This document shows, one piece after another, positions 27,309-32,000 of a DNA stretch of 32,000 nucleotides (within the stretch, counting starts at the first letter, position 1; the number at the start of each line of letters is the position of its first letter). The notes beneath the pieces were generated by a model. The model saw only the letters and a program-made list of their open reading frames with translations. It was not told the origin of the DNA and did not search any database. The translations under genes were made by a program, and so were the position numbers. The stretch is from Paramicrosporidium saccamoebae KSL3 (taxonomy: Eukaryota > Fungi > Cryptomycota): contig MTSL01000208.1 of NCBI GenBank assembly GCA_002794465.1, forward strand, positions 65,032 to 97,031, read 5' to 3'.

Positions 27309-30011
27309 TTATGCCGGCTGTTTAGAACGATCCCCTGAATTTTTTTGGGAAATATGCATTAAGAAGATCACAGTAAAGCAAACAACACAAGAAAGAGCCT
27401 GCATCATAAATCGCGGCGTAAACATTTTCCAAAGCATTAAATGTCGAAGCAACACTGCTGAGCTGACCGCCGAAGAGACTAGTGGCGCTAGGTGGAACCA
27501 AATGTATGCGCTATAAGTATCCATCGCGTTCTTGGGCTTTTTCTCAGCGTGTATTGAAATGGCAATTGCTGCAAGTGCTGGTCCTCCGAATGTATTTAGA
27601 CCCATCAAGGTCCCTGCAACCGCTTGGATTGTTGATCGGAAACCGATGAACGCGGCTTCCCATTGTAGATTTGTGATAGTAGCCTGGTGTCCAGAGATGA
27701 AGAAAAGATGCATCCCAGCTAGATAGTAAAATAGGGCAACTACTGGAGAAGGACGGCCAGCAAATAGAGGAATGCCGAGACGGAGTAAAGCAAATCCTGC
27801 CACTACCAACACCCACCCACCAAATGGACGTAGAACCGTCCCCACTAGGGCGGCCACAGCGACAAAGAAGAGGGCAGAAGATTTTCGAAATAGAATGGCA
27901 GCAGTGGCGCAGAGGATGAACAGGGCACGCGGTACAATAATTTCCATCATTTGGTCCAATTCTCTCTCAGGTGCACCGCCTTCCAGGTCTCTCGTTTCCG
28001 ATATCCAGGTCCAAACCCAGTGGGTTCCAAGAAGAGTCAGGATGCCGAAATACAGGAAATGGCCTACAAGAGACACTATTGATTCCCTCGCCTCTCCAAG
28101 ACTGGCATGGCATCGTTTAAAGATCCAAAATAAGCCAACGATACCCATGGATAGTGAAAGCAAAACCTCAACTGACAATTGCCAAGGTTGAGACCGGTGT
28201 ACTATGACTTGACAAAATGGAAACTGCTCCTCTCGACATGCGCCAGTGTAGGATGTTAGGCGGACTAACAGCAGTGCAGTCAAGGTTCTTGAAAATCTTT
28301 TTCTGTTCATTGATCCCTCAAAGAAAGACACTAGTGCATCTTGAGCGATAACTGATGACAGCAGAAAGCGAACAACACTGTCCTCAAATGTAACATATGC
28401 AACTGACCCCAATGCCAAGGTGTGGAAGCTGGAAAGAGCTATGGCGAAAATGGATGAGAAACTAATACTATTCCAAATGATAGGGATCAGCATGGCCACT
28501 ACCGACACGATGGCCAAAGCCAACCCACCATAAATCAGCTTGAGATCGAAATCAGCCCAAATACGACGACAATATTTCTGGGATGACAATAAGAAATCAT
28601 AAAATGCAAAGAATGCCTCCTCTAGCTCTTCCTCAGACATTGCTTCCTTCTTGGCTACAAGTAGCTCGGCATACTGGAGTTTTTTATCCAGCGGCGCTAG
28701 ACTGCTGGGATCAAAGTTTGACTCGCCCAGGTCTTGGCAGCGTTTCAAAAACCGAGCAATCTGGTAAGAATTGATACGTGCAGCGTCGACCAGCTTCTTC
28801 AGATTACGGGAACGAGCATCCTGCATTGTACTGTATAGACCATGGTCAACGAGAATTTCTGGAATAATTGTGCCGACGTTTCCATATGGAATGGAAATCC
28901 CTGCCAGCAATGCAAATGTTGGAGTAAAGTCGATTTGGGACACAGAGCCTGATAAGACGGCCTTTTCGTTAGATTCGTCAAAGAAAAATGTTCCATCAAG
29001 GTTGAGCAGATCGCGTCTGGCAGTTTCAGCTCGGGTATTAAACGCTCTCCAAAAGAGACTGTCCTGTTCAACTCCAGATCCTTTCCCATATGTGAACAAC
29101 ACTGAGCCGACTTCTTTAGATGATATCCCACCATGATCACCGTTATCAGTCATTCCGTGATCACCCAGTACTATCAGTGTCGTGTCATCTTTGAGTCCGT
29201 CGATGATTCTGCGCAGCACTTGGTCCATTTCGCCTAGTTTTTCTCCACAGGCGGGCATTTTCGGCCCAAACTTGTGTCCACAATGATCAAATCCGAGAAA
29301 ATGGGCAATTATAACGTCAAATTCATTCTTATCCAACGCAGGGAAAATGTGCTCTTTAATGCCGTTATCGACCGTATGGAGATCGAACAAGTGGAAACTG
29401 TGATAGCCAGCAATCTTTCCCTTGCTCTGCTCTTTAATGATGGGAAATAAACTAAGCCAAGTATCATCTCCATACATGTCCAGACGGGAATGCCTCTCTG
29501 TCTGAAGCAGTTGATGTACGAGGCTGTCTGCCCCCAAAGAGGATTCGGCGAAATTAGCTGCCATCTCCACAAATGCCGGCAAACTACCTGCAGCAATACT
29601 TGATAATCTCTGAGTAGTTGCCGTCGGCGGGTCAGCCACAAAATGGAACAATTTAGCAGAGCCGTTTTGGACGAGCTCGTAAAGAATTTGCAATTTGTCA
29701 AACCAGGCGGCATCTTTTTCGATTCCAGGTTTGGAGGGAAGAGCAAAGTCAATACGTAGTGCATCTATGACAACAATCACAAATCTTCTCCGCTTCACTG
29801 GCAACCAGCAAAAATCTTCCAGAGGACCAGCTGTTGAGAACAGCGGCATGACCGGCAAAGAGCCACATTCACTTCTATCCTCCACCAGACGACGCACATG
29901 AAGAAATCCTTTGGCAAATAGTAAAATTCCGATCACAGTCGCCACTATCAAAACTATTCCGAGAGTGGAATGGTATTTCCGGTATGCAAAGCACAGCCTT
30001 GCAACAACCAT
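27309..30011 (-). CDS. GPI13: GPI ethanolamine phosphate transferase 3 (Gpi13/PIG-O)
   Basis: VIVVIDALRIDF, ADPPTATTQRL, GDDTWLSLF, IAHFLGFDHCGH, LGDHGM, VSQIDFTPT, GHQATITNLQWEAAF, HLMLWKMFTPRF; ATG 30011 chosen. Confidence 0.93.
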   Translation of the reverse strand: MVVARLCFAYRKYHSTLGIVLIVATVIGILLFAKGFLHVRRLVEDRSECGSLPVMPLFSTAGPLEDFCWLPVKRRRFVIVVIDALRIDFALPSKPGIEKDAAWFDKLQILYELVQNGSAKLFHFVADPPTATTQRLSSIAAGSLPAFVEMAANFAESSLGADSLVHQLLQTERHSRLDMYGDDTWLSLFPIIKEQSKGKIAGYHSFHLFDLHTVDNGIKEHIFPALDKNEFDVIIAHFLGFDHCGHKFGPKMPACGEKLGEMDQVLRRIIDGLKDDTTLIVLGDHGMTDNGDHGGISSKEVGSVLFTYGKGSGVEQDSLFWRAFNTRAETARRDLLNLDGTFFFDESNEKAVLSGSVSQIDFTPTFALLAGISIPYGNVGTIIPEILVDHGLYSTMQDARSRNLKKLVDAARINSYQIARFLKRCQDLGESNFDPSSLAPLDKKLQYAELLVAKKEAMSEEELEEAFFAFYDFLLSSQKYCRRIWADFDLKLIYGGLALAIVSVVAMLIPIIWNSISFSSIFAIALSSFHTLALGSVAYVTFEDSVVRFLLSSVIAQDALVSFFEGSMNRKRFSRTLTALLLVRLTSYTGACREEQFPFCQVIVHRSQPWQLSVEVLLSLSMGIVGLFWIFKRCHASLGEARESIVSLVGHFLYFGILTLLGTHWVWTWISETRDLEGGAPERELDQMMEIIVPRALFILCATAAILFRKSSALFFVAVAALVGTVLRPFGGWVLVVAGFALLRLGIPLFAGRPSPVVALFYYLAGMHLFFISGHQATITNLQWEAAFIGFRSTIQAVAGTLMGLNTFGGPALAAIAISIHAEKKPKNAMDTYSAYIWFHLAPLVSSAVSSAVLLRHLMLWKMFTPRFMMQALSCVVCFTVIFLMHISQKNSGDRSKQPA

Positions 30012-30556
30012 GGCTCGAATTGATTGGGCGCCACCAAGTCTTATCGTGTGAAGTGGTGAATTGATTGGAGCGAGGTTTTCTGAAAATCGCAACGTTGGCA
30101 AAGACAGCCAAAGACGCCCAATATGTAACGCAAAAGATTGTTCTGATCACTTGTTCATGTAACGTGGGTGAAAAAGTCAAAAGGCACTCAATTATATCGA
30201 CCAACGTGCTGATCCGATCACATATGAGCGAGATTGGTAATAAGCGAGTCTCCTCCCTCTCAACAAAGAGAGTAACCGTGATAAATTCTCCGCTACGCAA
30301 TAATCGGACGATACGGAATGTAAAGAGTGGAACATTATCACAATAGCAGGTGTATTATTAGTGAAAAGGCTTAACAACATTACGCCAGCTAAGGTAAAGT
30401 GCCAACTTGTGATGTAGAGGACTGACTATGTGACGTAGAGGGTTGATTAGTTGGGTATTTGCGCGCTAGAGTGGATCGCTTTGCTGGGCATTTGAGGACA
30501 ATGAGATTTGTATCCATACTATTCTAGGATTAGTAGTGAATAAGCCCCTCTTTCCG

Positions 30557-30606
30557 TCTCCTCCCGCCTGACAAAGTCCGTGGTATTGTTATCCCCGCTA
30601 CGTGTC
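30557..30606. repeat. Dispersed ~45-nt repeat, copy B (hairpin-capable)
   Basis: 25-nt exact match to window positions 7-31; this copy has CTGACA/TGTCAG and CGTGG/CTACG complementarity. Confidence 0.9.
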
Positions 30607-30805
30607 AGATTGTGGCCGCCTTTTAGTTGGCATTCAGTCTCGCCCATTACATGGTGCATATGAAAATTAATATACTAGAGGCAATTATTACCGCCAGAAA
30701 TTTGAATAAATACAAGAATGCTTATAGGTCCTTATGATGAGATGGCGATTGGGCAGTTTCCAGTTCCGCCATTGGTAAAGCTAGGCAGTAGTGTCGCAAG
30801 TCGCA

Positions 30806-31593
30806 ATGCCCGCAGCACTCTTGGACCATTATGAGAGGGAATACCGTGCCCTTTCGGTAGCATTATCTCAGAAACTAAGTGATTTTTCCAAGAAGAGTAA
30901 CGTAGCCCCGAGACTTTTAATGTAGATAGATGAGTCCCCTCTCCGTACCCAAAGCCTACAGGATGACTTCAATTCTGCCAGGGAAATCGTACTGCAGGCT
31001 TATTGTTGCCATAAATATTAGTTGGACCAAATGGAGATTGAAGTTTTGTCTCTTGATGCTGGAAGCAGACCATCGGCCTTGACCCAACTCAAGTCATTCC
31101 GTTCCGAGTTTGGAAAGTTAAAACAAGACTTTGTAAATGCCGTGCGTAATTCTCACTCGTAGGACAAGGCCACACGCAATGGGGGGCAAGAGGAGCGTGC
31201 TATGTTATTCTCTGGAACACCAGAAGACATGGAAGCTGGAATCTTTAGTCCCACTGATCGTTTATTGAATGACTACGAAGGGCTTGATGCTTCTGGTCAG
31301 CGCCTGGACAGGACCCAGAGGATGGCGTTGGAGGCGGAGGAAATTGGAGCCAATGTCCTCGGTGACTTGAGGAGACAGCGCGAGCAGATTCAGCGAGCCT
31401 CGCGCGTTTTACATGAGACAGATAATGACCTCGACCATAGTAATCGCTTGCTCAAAGATATCCTCCGCATGTACACTGTAAAACCTTACTTATATTCTTT
31501 AGAATGGCCGCTAACCGAGTGATCACGACCCTTGTCATTGGGCTGTTAGTAATCGCGATCCTTTTTGTTCTGTATCACAAACTCTTCCATTAG
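30806..31593 (+). CDS. VTI1: Qb-SNARE Vti1
   Basis: Exons 30806-30896, 30930-30988, 31022-31132, 31163-31470, 31503-31593 (introns 33/33/30/32 nt); Habc domain (LDHYERE..LDQMEIEV), SNARE motif ALEAEEIGANVLGDLRRQREQI, C-terminal TM. Confidence 0.92.
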
Positions 31594-31684
31594 CCCAGCA
31601 TAATAAACGATTGCATAATGGTCTTGAGCCCGATCGATTTCAACACAATGCTCATTGAGAAAAGGGAAAAAGAGGTTGGTTTAA

Positions 31685-32000
31685 ATGGGACGCCGAAGAG
31701 CAAGACTTGTTGTGTCGTCCGACTCTGAATTTGAAACTTTGGAAGCTCTCAAGGAAAATACTGAATGGTCTTTTGACTTTGATACTAAGAACATTCCCAC
31801 AGAAAGAGCTCGGCCAGTCAGTGTTGCTGACCCGTACGAGCTCGTGTACTCTGGACACGAAAGGGTCATTCAATTTGAAAGCCTAGTTTTGCATCGCAAA
31901 AAGATTGAGCAAGTCAGTGTTTGGTTTGAGCAATTCGCCAGCCGGGTACGTGCTGGTCAAGGGAGCGTTCTCCTTGTAACTGGTCCAACAGGCAGTGGAA
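31685..32000 (+). CDS. RAD17: Checkpoint clamp loader Rad17/Rad24, 5' part (truncated by window edge)
   Basis: Open frame from ATG 31685 to the edge: LVLHRKKIEQVSVWF...VLLVTGPTGSG (Walker A), the Rad17 LAVHKKKI motif context. Confidence 0.85.
   Translation, partial: MGRRRARLVVSSDSEFETLEALKENTEWSFDFDTKNIPTERARPVSVADPYELVYSGHERVIQFESLVLHRKKIEQVSVWFEQFASRVRAGQGSVLLVTGPTGSG

Overview
Gene-dense eukaryotic DNA, not bacterial. I can support about 27 protein-coding genes and one tRNA-Lys(UUU), with spacers that are often under 100 bp. About 32 spliceosomal GT-AG introns are inferred, almost all 29-48 nt. All multi-exon models were hand-spliced and checked to restore frame. Gene order: STI1, SAP18, SEM1/DSS1, PRP24/SART3, a secreted bacterial-type lysyl-endopeptidase-like serine protease, an FMP42/LAT3-like MFS transporter, MZT1, proteasome alpha3, RPS17, a possible orphan gene, OPI3, promethin/LDAF1-like, a small secreted Ser/Glu-rich orphan, the queuosine salvage hydrolase QNG1, HTRA2-like protease, CTF8, GATAD1-like, tRNA-Lys, PRMT1/HMT1, a C-terminally short mitochondrial uS13, a NOL8/Nop8-like RRM protein, DAD1/OST2, a MOB protein, an MscS channel, CLASP/STU1, calcineurin B, GPI13/PIG-O, VTI1 and the 5' part of RAD17/RAD24. 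MZT1, CTF8 and RAD17 are absent from the supplied ORF track, and SEM1 is only partly captured. Inference only: tiny introns, extreme compaction, retained mitochondrial and spliceosomal genes and fungal/animal-like proteins fit an early-diverging fungal relative such as Rozellomycota (Paramicrosporidium/Mitosporidium-like); I cannot confirm this without a search. No CRISPR array, rRNA, snRNA or intact transposon was recognised, and I found no multi-gene novel system that I can support. The best leads are the putative horizontally acquired secreted protease, the small secreted orphan with an unusually elaborate promoter, a ~45-nt element duplicated 30.5 kb apart, the truncated uS13m, near-overlapping head-to-head genes and two unexplained open frames.
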